From Utricularia gibba (lineage: Eukaryota; Plantae; Magnoliophyta), in assembly GCA_002189035.1 (NCBI GenBank), contig CM007991.1, positions 4,464,001 through 4,528,000 on the forward strand: DNA of 64,000 nucleotides. The letters run 5' to 3'. The notes beneath the pieces are model-generated. The model was not told the origin of the DNA, made no database searches, and saw nothing but the letters and a program-made list of their open reading frames with translations. The stretch's first letter is position 1, and each line of letters starts with the position of its first letter. The position numbers were made by a program, and so were the translations under genes. Below are positions 39,806 through 51,915 of this stretch, in pieces.

Positions 39806-42800
39806 ATGGATGTGGATGCGCTGTTGTCATTGGGGCGGTTCAGGGCTTCTGTGAATTCATTTCTGTCGGAATACGAGCCGATCGTGTTGATACTGGTCCC
39901 GATATTCGCACTTTTTTCTGCGCGAATTGTTCATTCGATCATTGTCGCTTGCTCAGAGAGAGGGCCAATATCTGCTGTTTTGGAGGTCTGCATGTCTATC
40001 GCCAAGTACGATTCTCTATGTAGACTTTATCTACTCGACGTTGACCGCAATTGTCGCACTGATCCGTCGATTTGCTTGTGAAATATGCTTTAAGGCGGAT
40101 ACCTGGTGTACACGAGTACATTGATGCCCAGAAGCAAAAGGTGCGATCACATAGATTAGCGATGCGCTTTTGTTCGTTCCATGACTCTCCTACCATCCGT
40201 GAAGTTGTAGACTGAAAAGAGAGTTGGAGACATTGACATTGCCACCATCATCACATGTGTGCTTTATATTTAACACGCTGCACCACATGTTTCTTATTGA
40301 AATGCCACCAAATTTCTTGTTTTAAATATTGCACCTGGATCATGACCTCCTATGCCTCCAGGTCATAAACCAATTGCAGGGTGAAGGTAAATCAAAAAGA
40401 GAGGGTTGGATGACTGATTTGCAAAGCACAGGATTAGGAGTTCAGGTCATAAACAGAATGAAAGATGAGAAAATGAAGGATGCTGCATGGCAGGGCAGAT
40501 GTTCGGGTACAGTGTATGTTTCTTTTTAGTAAATGTTGATACACGTCTATTTCGGATACCTCCCATTTTGCAAGCAACTTTTCTACGTATTTTTTTTAAT
40601 GTAGGCCTGATGCAACAATTTCTTTCTGTTTACAGCTACATTGCAGGCAAGGAACACGAAGGCCACTTTTCGTTGATAAATGAGGCTTGCTCCATGTTAG
40701 TGTCATCTTTCCTGAAGTTCCTTTTTATTTTTAATTTTGACGAGCTCTTAGGAAAATTTTCCCCAAGAAATAAGGGAGATGGAACGGGTTTTACCTATGC
40801 TTGAGTTGTATGGACATAGATGTAGCAGATGATTTCTTATCTTTTGATTGGTATAGTTAGGTACTAGTGGCTTTGGTTCTATCTGTTAGTGTTTTTTCTA
40901 GACATTTCGGTGGCTTTTGGTGCTATTTTACACTACGGCTTCATGACTACTGTATTCTGGCTATAAGCCATTCTCGAATGGTTGAGATCTTGAAATCTTC
41001 ATTTTTGGCAGTTCTCATACACTGTTCCTTCATTCATTTTGGAAATCTTTTTTCAGGTTTGCCCATACTAATCCTCTGCATTTAGATGTTTTCCCGAGTG
41101 TTGTAAGATTTGAAGCTGAAGTTGTGGCAATGACAGCTTCACTTCTAGGAAGTAAGGAAAAAATTTCTGGAGGACAAATTTGTGGCAATATGACATCTGG
41201 TGGAACTGAAAGCATATTGATGGCTGTGAAAGCCTCACGTGAATACATGAGAGCTAGAAAGGGGATAACCAGGCCAGAAATGTTAGTAGTTTCTCTTCCT
41301 CTACTTTTTTCATCTTCGTAAATGTTACATAACTGGTTCAGGTACATAAGAACAGGATCATACCGGTCTCAGCTCATTCGGCATATGACAAGGCGGCACA
41401 CTATTTTAATGTCAAGTTGTGGCGGGTTCCAGTGGGACAAGATTTTCGAGCTGACATTAAACAAATTAAAAAGTACATCAACAAGAACACCATAATGGTT
41501 AGGCTTTTATGCACGTTTGCTGGATATCCTGTTTATATGATTTTTCTAATGAAATATGTGTTGGTTATTCCGCCTAATTTTTTTGAAGTTACCCTAACAT
41601 CGACCCTTTTACAGATTGTTGGATCTGCACCAGGCTTCCCGCATGGAATTATTGATCCAATTGAGGTATACAGCTCTGATTCACTATTTCATTTCTTCTG
41701 TTGCTAGCTCAGCTTGGATTGTGTAAGTCATGCTATTATTATTCTACATGTAGGAACTTGGCGCATTAGCTGCTACATTTGGGATTTGTTTGCATGTTGA
41801 TCTCTGCCTTGGTGGCTTTGTATTGCCCTTTGCTCGCATGCTTGGGTATGCCCTTCGTGATATGTTCCCTGTCGCCACATTTTTCTTGGAAGATATCCTT
41901 TTGCATGGTTTGTTTTTTAATCTGTGGCTACTGCTGCATGTACAAGATTTTTCTGTCATTCCGATTTTCTAAGACATAAATTTAGTGATGTCAGGATACT
42001 TGCAACAGTATAATTCGATTTTTCTCTCAAGATTATTTTTTTCACATCTTGTGTAGGTATCCTGTGCCACAATGTGATTTTACGATTCCAGGTGTTACAT
42101 CTGTGTCTGTGGATGTTCACAAGTATGGACTGGCTCCTAAAGGAACGAGTGTTGTCCTATACAGGAACCATGAATTGCGAAAGGTAAGGCTAAGGCTTGT
42201 TATGTCTTCTTATTACCTTCCTGTCAGAAAAGTTTATTGTGATACCTTTTGTCTAGGTTGGTTTCTATTATACTTAAAATAAATAAATGAATTTTTCATG
42301 GCCATAGGACCATCTGATGCATGCACATGGCCGTTAACATGGTAGAATAAGATGTGCTGTCTCAAATGTGCATGCAGCTCTTAGTGGAGTTCATAAATGA
42401 GCTCATTGCAACACAATATTCACTACTTATTCACCGACTCATGTATTTTTTTTATTTATTGACCACTCTGGAATCGCTCGGTAAAATGGATGGTATGCAG
42501 CACCAATTTGTTGCTGGTGAGTTCCAACTCCTGATGGAATCGAACATGCCTTCTGATATAGCCATGCAATCAGTGATTCCTTTTCACTTTGCTTGTGCAT
42601 TCAGTAACTGAGTGGACTGGTGGACTGTATGTATCACCAACCGTTGCTGGAAGCAGACCTGGAAGTCTTATTGCAGGGGCTTGGGCATCGATGATGTCTC
42701 TTGGGCTAGAAGGTGACTATTTTTTAGCCTCCCTTTTATTTATTTATATTTTTCTATATCAAATGATCTCTCTGTCGTTTTGATAACAGGCTATCTGGAG

Positions 42801-43461
42801 AACACAAGACAGGTGATGGAAGTTTCAAGGAAGATAGAAAGGGGGTATTTGCTAAATTAACCTCAAGTTTTGTTCCATTTTTTCACCTGGGGCCAATTCG
42901 TCCTTTTGATCTCTTTGTAGAATTCGTGAGATTCCAGAGCTTTTCATCATCGGAAAGCCTGACATGACAATTGTTGCTTTTGGGTCTGATTTGGTGGACA
43001 TATTCGAAGTAAATGACATTATGTCTTCAAAAAGCTGGCACTTGAACGCATTGCAGAGGCCAAACAGGTAACATCGGCTATAAAAATCCTATGGACACAA
43101 TCAAGGATATTAGTTAGCTGATTTCTTGATGGAACTTTTTTCCCACCTCGTGTTCCCGTTTTCTCAGCATTCACATCTGCGTGACACTGCAACATGTTCC
43201 TGTCGCTGATGAATTTCTGAGAGACTTGGAAGACTCTGTCCAGGCTGTGAGTGCATGATGCCTTACTTTCTTTCCTCTTGTGAGTGCATGTTCATCCTTC
43301 GAGATGTTCCAATTTGATGAATCTCACTGGCCTCTTAGGTTAAGGCAAATCCAGGCCCAGTCAAGGGAGGGCTGGCTCCAATATATGGTGCTGCGGGGCG
43401 GATGCCGGACCGAGCTGCTGTTCAAGACTTGCTGGTTGATTTCATGGATGGTTCATGCTAA
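39806..43461 (+). CDS. DPL1: Sphingosine-1-phosphate (dihydrosphingosine phosphate) lyase, PLP-dependent, about 540 aa
   Basis: 15 GT-AG exons: 39806-40005, 40095-40140, 40362-40513, 40636-40695, 41057-41281, 41356-41497, 41615-41665, 41754-41845, 42057-42183, 42501-42516, 42605-42712, 42790-42844, 42921-43067, 43168-43246, 43339-43461 (1623 nt, in frame); motifs [27 protein letters not shown] (PLP Lys), AGSRPG. Confidence 0.97.
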
Positions 43462-44329
43462 ATAATCCTGCGTGCTGCTGGATCGATCATCCCCAAATTC
43501 TTAACGATGTGGATTCCCATGGAAACATTCCGACCCTTTAGAGGATGATGTACTCCCTCGCGAGGGCATGCTCAAAGAGATTAGATGGTCGACGCCTACC
43601 TCCACTTTCATCGATATCACCAAAAAGCCTTTTAGTTCGGTTGGCTGCGTGAGATTTTAGCACGCATTCCGAATCCACGAATGCGAGTTAAGTTAAATAT
43701 CCCCATAATATCCGTTCCTCGCTAGCCCCATTCGTTGTGGCACTTAACCACCCACGTCCCGGGACCATTTTGGAACTTCCGCCGCCGGCTCCTCCACTAC
43801 CTTTGCCGCAACACATGCATGAACACGCTCTTCATTTTCCGGCGGCGATTCAGCCCAGCATCATCGCTGCCCTCCGGCTCGTCATCTTTCCCAGAAGCCT
43901 CATTCTCCCTGCTGGCATTTCTAAGCGTCTCCTTGATACTACTCAGATGGTCCTCGAGTGCTTCAATGGCATGACCAACTTAATGTTAAAGTATTTTTGT
44001 TATAACATTAATAACAATTTTGTGATTAATTGTATTTTAATTATAACTGATTTAATGAATTGATATTTAACGATATTTATATTTTTTGAATTGATTTTAT
44101 TCAAATTATTCTAAATACAAAAAAATACAAAAAATTTTACTCAAAGAGCATTATTTTATGTTTTACATTTCAATTATACCTTAATATATTGGCCAAACTA
44201 CTTATTATATTTATTAATTTCAATTTAATAATTTGATCATAGGAACAAAATCATCACATATTCAAACTTTGATCACATATAATGTTTTTGAAATTTTTTG
44301 AATTTTTTTACTTCAATTGCCTTCGAGGC

Positions 44330-44760
44330 TACAAAGTAGGGATGATGACTTCATTGCGATGTTGACCCACTTATAGATATCACATTGTGAAATGAATGCC
44401 TAGCTCCTTAACTAGTTTCACATCATTCATCCTCTGTGTTCAAGTTATGTGGATAGTAAAAAAAATGTGATAGTACTTGAATTTATTGTCTTTCTCTCAT
44501 TCTTTCTAATCTTATAAGTCCTAATTTTGCTTCTCTTGTAGATGGTCTTCTTCTTGATCCATGAGCTTCAAAATCCATTATCCCATACATTCGAGTTGTC
44601 TTTTCACAACTAGCACGACATCATTCACTCATATGTTAGGATTTGGAGCCAATACAAATAGAGCATCATCCCGCATTAATTGGTCTCAAAGGGGGTTGGA
44701 ATTCACTATGGTAAGTAGTCACTAGAACCTTAACAGAATAAAATCTATCAATGAATTCTT
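44330..44760 (-). pseudogene. Possible CACTA transposase fragment
   Basis: Weak: DDALFVLAPNP...VLVVKR resembles the DEPFVLASQA...VVL motif. Confidence 0.25.
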
Positions 44761-44991
44761 GAGAATTTATAGAGAAACTATGATATGTTTGCATAACAAA
44801 AGAATAATTAATCATATTTTTAAAAAATAAACATAGTGATAAATGTTACCTATTGAGCATGGGAGTATGAAAATCTTACACTCTACTACAACCCACAACT
44901 ACATGTTTGATGCGAGATGTTGGTGAGGTGAACCTTGTTTTAATGACAAATGTCATCACCATCTCTCTGCTATACTCAACCATAATACTAT

Positions 44992-45386
44992 TGTTGTAGT
45001 CGAAAATCGGTATCCAGGAGGAGGCCGATTTTTGGGTTATGGGTGTGGCCGGACGCGTCGTACCCAGTTGTGGTTTTGATATTATATTTGGTTCGGTTAA
45101 CAGAAATGAAGATGGACAGGGATTTTTTACGTGGAAATGGAGAACGGAAAAAACCACGGAGTTTGTCGGAGCTCGCCGGAAAATATCTTCACTAAAGGGA
45201 GGTGGGGGAAAAATACAAGTTGGAGAACTTAGAGTCGAATCCCTTCTTCTTCAGGATTTCTATTATTTATAGGTGTGGTTGATCTAGCTGAATTCTGAAT
45301 TCTGTAGGTGTTAGCTGCTTTCTGCACCTGTCGTACATACTATGGTTCTATTTTTATGTAACTGCTGACTGCTCTGTCATTGTCGT
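44992..45386 (-). mobile_element. 3' part of a split family B solo LTR
   Basis: Ends ...CTACAACA followed by ATAGT in element orientation; interrupted by the family A LTR at 45387. Confidence 0.88.
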
Positions 45387-46622
45387 TGATAAACAGAAAA
45401 TTCAGCATATTGTTGCAATAAAAGCAAACTTCCGTATCAAATACATTTATAAGCCATAATCTACACAAAATACAAATTTAGAAAACTTGTATAGTGGATG
45501 TCGGGGTCGATCGCAAGGAGCTTGTGCTTGTCATGTATTTTAACAGATGCAGAATTCAAAGTAACGGTAAGTCTTAGTCTAAGCTCGAACCAACAGTGGC
45601 AAATAAGTTCGTTAAACAAGATCAGTAAACAATATAAGGTCTTAACACTACGGTAACAGGTACTGGTTCTAACTCAGAATAATACTAAGGTGACTTAAGG
45701 GTGTGCAGGTGATATGGTGCCAAAATCCCTAATTTAATCTACCATGTTCCTACACTCACAATTTCAAATAACCTAAGTCTACCTAGGTCATTCATCATAT
45801 TTTCAGTTAAGCTAGTCTCTCATATCATCACCAACGTTGCAATTAGATCTACCCGCATGCAAAGCATATAGAACTAGGTCTACCTGGTTCTACTGGTTCT
45901 ACCTCGGACTAACACCTACTACTCACGTCTTGATTTGTTGGTCTACCTCTAAATCAAGAATCTAAGTTGTAAAGCTACTTGTTCCCCTCCTTAAATCTAT
46001 CCATGGCTTGATAGAAATAAGAGCTAAGAAACAATGATGAATTTTATTAAGATTCCTAGACCTACACTACCATGCTTCATCTTAAGACACCTCTAGGGCT
46101 TTAACTACTCATATTTGGAAGGTAAAAAATAATGACATTAACGTAAAACAACGAAAATGTTAAGGACATCGTGCAGAAGTTGGGTGCAAAAGCCAAAAAA
46201 CATCAACAAACTAAAATAAAGCAGTAAAAGTTCTGGTTTCCCCTTTTGCGACTGTTCCTAGGCCGGAACAGTAGCGTTGAACTGGGTCTTGATCTTCTTC
46301 CTTCGTGCTGGAGGTTCTTCTCCAGAAAAATCGCCTTCCTTTCTCCTTCTCCTTCAGTATTCTTCGTGTTCGAGTTGGGGGAGAAACCCCCTCGTGTGTG
46401 TTCTGAAAAATTCTGGTTCCCCCTTTTGCGACTCTCTCTCCTCCCACTACCAAGGCAAGTACATTCTCTGACAAATCTACTATTTCTAGTCCTGACTTGC
46501 AGACTGCCGTCGTGATAGTGTACTCATTGCCCCCTGCAGCCTGGTGACTTGCACGAAATCAAGATTTTTACTTGATTCTTGGGTTACTGCTAGACTCCAA
46601 AATCGGGTTAGACATGGGGTGA
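45387..46622 (-). mobile_element. 3' part of a family A LTR nested in family B
   Basis: Homologous to 49840-51234; 3' CA end followed by ACGAC; truncated just before the conserved 5' hairpin. Confidence 0.88.
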
Positions 46623-46912
46623 TGGTTGTAATCTACCAAACGAATCGGTGCCTATAAGTATCTTATGAATTCTCCTTTAGATATATGGATATTATCACAC
46701 AATGTGGTATAAGGTAATCATCATTATTATTACACCACATAGTAAATGCCATTATGTCTTAACGAATAGGTAAGGGATCATAACAACAATCCATATTGTT
46801 AATAAATGGAGTGTTTTGTGAAACTTGACGGCTTGCTCCAACTACAATTGCGAAGGTTCATACTTCACCTTCATTGTTTTTGAATAGTTCGAAAGTTGGT
46901 TTTTGAATATTT

Positions 46913-47138
46913 CGCGCGCGCCCTCACGGCACGCCCAAGGGCAGCTGCGCGCTCCCGGTGCTGGCCTGCGGGCTCCCCATTCGACCCGTCTTGAAACACG
47001 GACCGAGGAGTCTGACATGCGTGCGAGTCAACGGGCGAGTAAACCCGTGAGGCACAAGGAAGCTGACTGGCGCGATCCCCCCCCCTCGACGGGGTGGGTG
47101 CAACGCCGACCGACCTCGATCTTCTGAGAAGGGTTCGA

Positions 47139-47182
<44 letters not shown>

Positions 47183-47275
47183 AGCAGGGCGAAGCCAGAG
47201 GAAACTCTGGTGGAGGCCCGCAGTGATACTGACGTGCAAATCGTTCGTCTGACTTGGGTATAGGGGCGAAAGAGT

Positions 47276-47331
<56 letters not shown>

Positions 47332-47385
47332 TCGATGCGCGAGTTCTATCGGGTAAAGCCAATGATTAGAGGCATCGGGGGCGCA
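46913..47385 (+). rRNA. 26S (LSU) rDNA fragment, 473 bp, orphan pseudogene
   Basis: Conserved ACCCGTCTTGAAACACGGACC, GACCCGAAAGATGGTGAACTATGCC, CGAAGTTTCCCTCAGGATAGC; abrupt ends in AT-rich DNA; no TSD seen. Confidence 0.97.
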
Positions 47386-47467
47386 CCAAAATTTCATTCA
47401 GAGAAAAATGATAGCACTTGGTTAGTGAAAAACCAGTGTAGCATAAATAAACTAATCAAGTTTTTAC

Positions 47468-47878
47468 CTGCAAGAGAAGAATAACTAGAAGGTACCTCCT
47501 GCAGATGAACATTTTGGATTTTGGATGATTTCTCGTCTAGTGATGATAATGCTGAATTGCTAGGTTGATTTCTGTTCATAGAAGAAAATGGAACGGTTGA
47601 TTCAGCTGAGCGAGAGTGTTGAGAAGCCTGAAGCTGGCCTTCGCTCATCTCCGTTTGTGGTCATGTTGGATGTTGTTGTTAGTTCGATGGTGGACCTACC
47701 GGCTTGTGCATTTCAGAATGTTGAGGATCATGGGGCTGAGAATAATGGTCTCCCTGGTTATTCTGATCTTGATTTCCCCCAGAAGGTAGCAAATGTGAAA
47801 AAGGGGGCTGACTCTCTGCAGTTGCTGCAGCAGCCCAAGATCTTGCTTTTGCTTCCCAGTCTTCCACATTATTGTTCG
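47468..47878 (-). pseudogene. PNISR-like gene, exon 2 (inverted block)
   Basis: AG/GT-bounded 411-nt exon: NNNVEDWEAKARSWAAA...VHLQEVPSSYSSLAG with in-frame TAA and TGA. Family identity rests on my recollection of plant homologues. Confidence 0.72.
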
Positions 47879-48128
47879 CTGTACGCAAAGAAAAATTAAG
47901 AAAGCAGTGACATGTGAAAGAAGAAACACCTCGTGCATATATTGAACAGAGTAAGTTTTTGGGTGCCAGAAAATTAGACATCAAGTTGTGGGAGGGAAAA
48001 AAACAAGCATATAATGAAAATGTGCATTAAAAACAAGTTCCGCAAAAAATAAAAAACTAGGAAAAAATAAGGTGTACAACTTAAATATAATTTCAAACTC
48101 TCATGAGAATATAAAATTACAAACTAAC

Positions 48129-48260
48129 TTGTGTTTTGTGGATGACTCCATCTTGCAGTCCCCGAATCCTACACGACCCAGTGTACAAAAATATGGAGAA
48201 GGTGCAGAATACCGTAAGGCAGCAAAAATCCATCTTCAGCGTACATCATCACCCAAATGA
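48129..48260 (-). pseudogene. Probable 3' end of exon 1 of the same pseudogene
   Basis: *DSGTARWSHPQNT followed by donor gttagt in a phase compatible with the next exon; weak similarity. Confidence 0.35.
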
Positions 48261-48396
48261 TGATCTAACTCTAACTTGAAAGATGTTCTATTATCTCATT
48301 AATACTTTTTGTTTTATGGAGGTTTTCTTAATATAACTTTTTTACTATAAAATGGTGGCACAATTTTTTGCATCATGGATCAAAAAATTTCATAGT

Positions 48397-48547
48397 TGAT
48401 GGGGTATAAATCGGACCCAGTTAGTCGTCTACTGAAAAGTAGACAAAAGGTGCTTTGACGGGATAACGCAGGCCGACATACCGATACCCATCAATATCTA
48501 TCAACAACAACCGTTTTGCACAATTTGAAAAGTAGCCGAATTACGGC
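48397..48547 (+). mobile_element. 5' part of the split family B solo LTR
   Basis: TGATGGGGTATAAATCGG... preceded by ATAGT (48392-48396) and ending in ACGGC. Confidence 0.88.
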
Positions 48548-48677
48548 TGATAGCATACAAATTTTCATGTTTTAGGATATGAAAAATTATAAATTTGTAA
48601 TTATGTTTAAGTGTTAATTTTATAGTTTTAAGTATTTTTATTTGGTTAGGGAAAGTATGATTTTTGGTGTATTAGTA
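48548..48677 (+). mobile_element. 5' 130 bp of the split family A LTR
   Basis: TGATAGCATACAAATTTTC... aligns to the family A start TGATAACACACGAATTTTC; stops where the hairpin should begin. Confidence 0.8.
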
Positions 48678-48979
48678 GATTGGTGCGTAAATAGGTGCAG
48701 GCGCAGGTGCAGGTTACCAGGAAAAATATGAACCTATACGCAAACTAGGATCTGATACAATCATACTTGTACCATGATTGAAACGAGGCGAGAAATTCAA
48801 GGGTTGATTGCTCAGCTCTACCACAGAATCTGCTTGACCACCTAGTATTTGTGGGTTCTCCACCCACCCAGGTCCGCCATTGGCAAACTGCTGATACTGA
48901 GTGTCATGATGCGTATGAGAAGAAACTGGCATAGAGGAAGAGCCATTGATCAGTTTTCCCTCACCTGTCTCTCACGTTC
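48678..48979 (-). pseudogene. PNISR-like gene, exon 3 (inverted, truncated)
   Basis: Acceptor ttttatttcag; ELSNQPLNFSPRFNH...SW*PAPAPAPIYAPI, comparable to DQPLDFAPRF...SWTPP...VYPPI in homologues as I recall them. Confidence 0.65.
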
Positions 48980-49839
48980 CTGAAATAAAAATACAGACTC
49001 AGGATTCCTCTCCCAATCCCATCAGGGTTATTTTTTTTTTTCTCAGTATAAAACTGATTTTGTTTTTTTGGTGTTGGAAGTATGCTCAAAAACCATGTAA
49101 TCTAGCATCCCATAATTGTTGTTCTCTCTTTTACGGCAATGTCCAGAATTATATGTTTGGATAATGTATTTATAAGTTGTTAAAAATATTCGACAGATTC
49201 TCTTATAATATGTATATTCGAATGGTTCACAGTTTGAATACTTTGATTGGGCATCATAGTTGGATTAATTGTCACATTTGTTTATTTACTGTGTTGATAA
49301 AGTGTTTATCAAGATACAGTAGGCAGTGGGTCGAATGCTGCTTGATATGAGATGTTAGAATAAACATGTGGGGGCTCATGAGATGAGCTGACCGAACATG
49401 TGACGCTGAATAACATATGCATGGTATTTTACATATGTCAACACAATGTTATTCAGATTGCTTTATGCAAATCCTTCGACTTGAGGTTTCATTGTGTCTT
49501 ATATATTATTGCCTTAGATTTGTTACTATTTAGACTTGTTGAAATATACAAGTCAGCGATAGTGATGGTCTAAATTGATAGTATATGAAGATCTCTGAAT
49601 AACTAAGATAGGATTCATTACTTCGGGTAAACGGAGATGAGACTTCAGATTTCCTGATTGTTTCGTCGGGTAAATTCCTGGCCAGGTTGTCGAGATATTG
49701 GAATGAGATTCCAAATTTTCGTTTTGCCATCGAAACGTGAGTTCAGGATAATCTTGATGATCTAGATGAAATGGAATTTGACTATCCATGATTCCATTCT
49801 AGATCGAAGTCTCCAATGAAGGGATATTCATAAGGATAG

Positions 49840-51234
49840 TGATAACACACGAATTTTCCTATTATTAGAGTAAGAAAATTATACTTTTGAATCATGTTTT
49901 AAGTGTTTATCTTATAGTTTTTAGTATTTTCACCAAATTTTAGTACATAATGTGATTTTATGTGTTAATGGGCTAAATCAAAAGATTTAGCCCATCGCAT
50001 GTTATTAACATTTTTCTAATCCAGCAGCAAAGCTCTAAAATTAGGGAGGATACATGAATTTCGTGCATGTGGAGATTTGGAAGAAGGGGCACAAGACATA
50101 AGAAGGAGACATGATTAATATTCAGACGCCTACAGTCTGCAGGTTCAGGCCAGGAACAGTACGAATGTCAGAAACAGTGGATTGATTTTGAAAAATGGAA
50201 AAAATATGTGAAGATATTTTTGGAGAGAAGAGAAGAAAGAGAGGAGAGCAGACCCAAGGAGGGGCTTCTCCCCCAACACGACGAGTACTGAACCAGGAGA
50301 GGAGAAGAAGATCTTCATCCTCAAGAACAGCATAAGAGCCCAGTCCAGCGCTACTGTTCCGGCTAGGGAACAGTAGCAGACGTAAATCAAAACTCTTATT
50401 GCTTTATTTTCGTTTATTGATGTTTTCAGTTTCTACAACCAACTCTTTCACGATATTCTTGACATTTTCGTTGCTTTATGTTAATGTTATCATGTTTTAC
50501 CTTCAAAGCATGAGTAGCTAAACCCTAGGAGTGACTTGAGGTGAAGCATGATGGTGGGGGTCTAAGAATCTTAATAAAATTTACCATTCTTCCTTAGTTC
50601 TTGTTTCTATCAAACCATGAGTAGACCTAAGAAGGGGAACCAGTAGTTTCACAACTTAGATGCTTGATTTAGAGGTAGACCAATAAATCAAGACGTGAGC
50701 AATAGGTGTTAGTCCGGGGTGGAACCAATAGAACCGGGTAGACCTAGTTCTATATGCTTTGCATGCGAGTAGACCTAATTGCAATGTTGGTGACGATATG
50801 GAGGACTAGCTTAGTCGAAAACATGGTGAATGATCTGGGTAGACTTAGGTTATTTGAAGTTGTGAATGTGGGAACATGGTAAATTAAATTAGGGATTTTG
50901 ACACTACACCACCTGCAGACCCTTAAGACACCTTAGTATTATTCTAAGTTAGAACCAGTACCTGTTACCTTAGCGTTAAGACCTAATATTGTTTACTTAT
51001 CTTGTTTATCGAACTTGTTTACCACTGTTGGTCCGAGCTTAGACTAAGACTTCCTGTTATCTCGAATTATGCATTTACTAAAACACTTAGCAAGCACAAG
51101 CTCTTCGTGATCGACCCCGACATCCACTATACAAGTTTTCCAAATTTGTATTTTGTGTAGATTAGGGATTATAAATTTATTTGATACGGATTTTCTATTT
51201 TTATTGCAACGATATTAGGAATTTCCGTTTATCA
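49840..51234 (+). mobile_element. Solo LTR, family A (Athila-like), 1395 bp
   Basis: TGATAAC...TTTATCA; perfect TSD GATAG (49835-49839, 51235-51239); 12-bp-arm hairpin at 49968-49995. Confidence 0.93.
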
Positions 51235-51499
51235 GATAGCAATCAAGGTTCATTATTGAATATCGGATTCAGTTTTAATTGGGTGAATACAATATGCAAT
51301 ACTAGGCATTTCTTGTATTTTATGAGAGACACGATATGTTGGGACAATATCGTTATTAGAGAAATGAGATTTCTCGCCTCTCATTGCCGATTAAAAATGA
51401 ACCTAGTCAGTCACACAAACAAAAAATTAGAAGTTGTCCGAGACGCTTGTGATTCGGGTTTTGATAGACTCTAGCATGTCTTTAATCTTGGATCATAGG

Positions 51500-51915
51500 T
51501 TGGTTAAATATTGATTATATGGGCTCAGGCCCATATAACCAAGGCCCAAAATAATATGGGCCAATGATATGGGCCACAAGTCCTAGGCCCATATTCCTAA
51601 GGTCCAAGCCCATATTTATTAGCCCGTTTTGGAAAGCTTGCCGCATTAAAATGCATGCCATCGCTTGGCTATAAATAGGAGGCAATTGGTCCACTTTCAT
51701 AGGTTTTTGGATTTCTTCTGGGAAGAGGTGTTCAACCTCCGAAAGAGGAAAATCACTTTAGGAAGAAACGAGACCGGTGAATAGCAATACGAAGAAGAGA
51801 ACTCGACTCTGGTTTCGAGTTTGGTAATTTCCTCCACTTATTCCACGTGTTTCTTCTATGTTGATAGTCAGTGTTAATATGAGATATTAGAATTGACTTT
51901 ACTGTGTTTTCCCAA
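51500..51915 (+). mobile_element. Probable Copia-type LTR remnant or promoter
   Basis: Cluster of TGGGCY/GGCCCA motifs, ctataaatag TATA, ends ttttcccaata; no TSD. Confidence 0.4.

Noticed and set aside
46211-46515. Recurrent LNWVLIFFL ORFs (also at 50145 and 59894)
   Set aside because: Purine/pyrimidine-rich tract of family A LTRs, not a gene family.
46871-47362. Several ORFs on both strands
   Set aside because: Spurious translations of rDNA.
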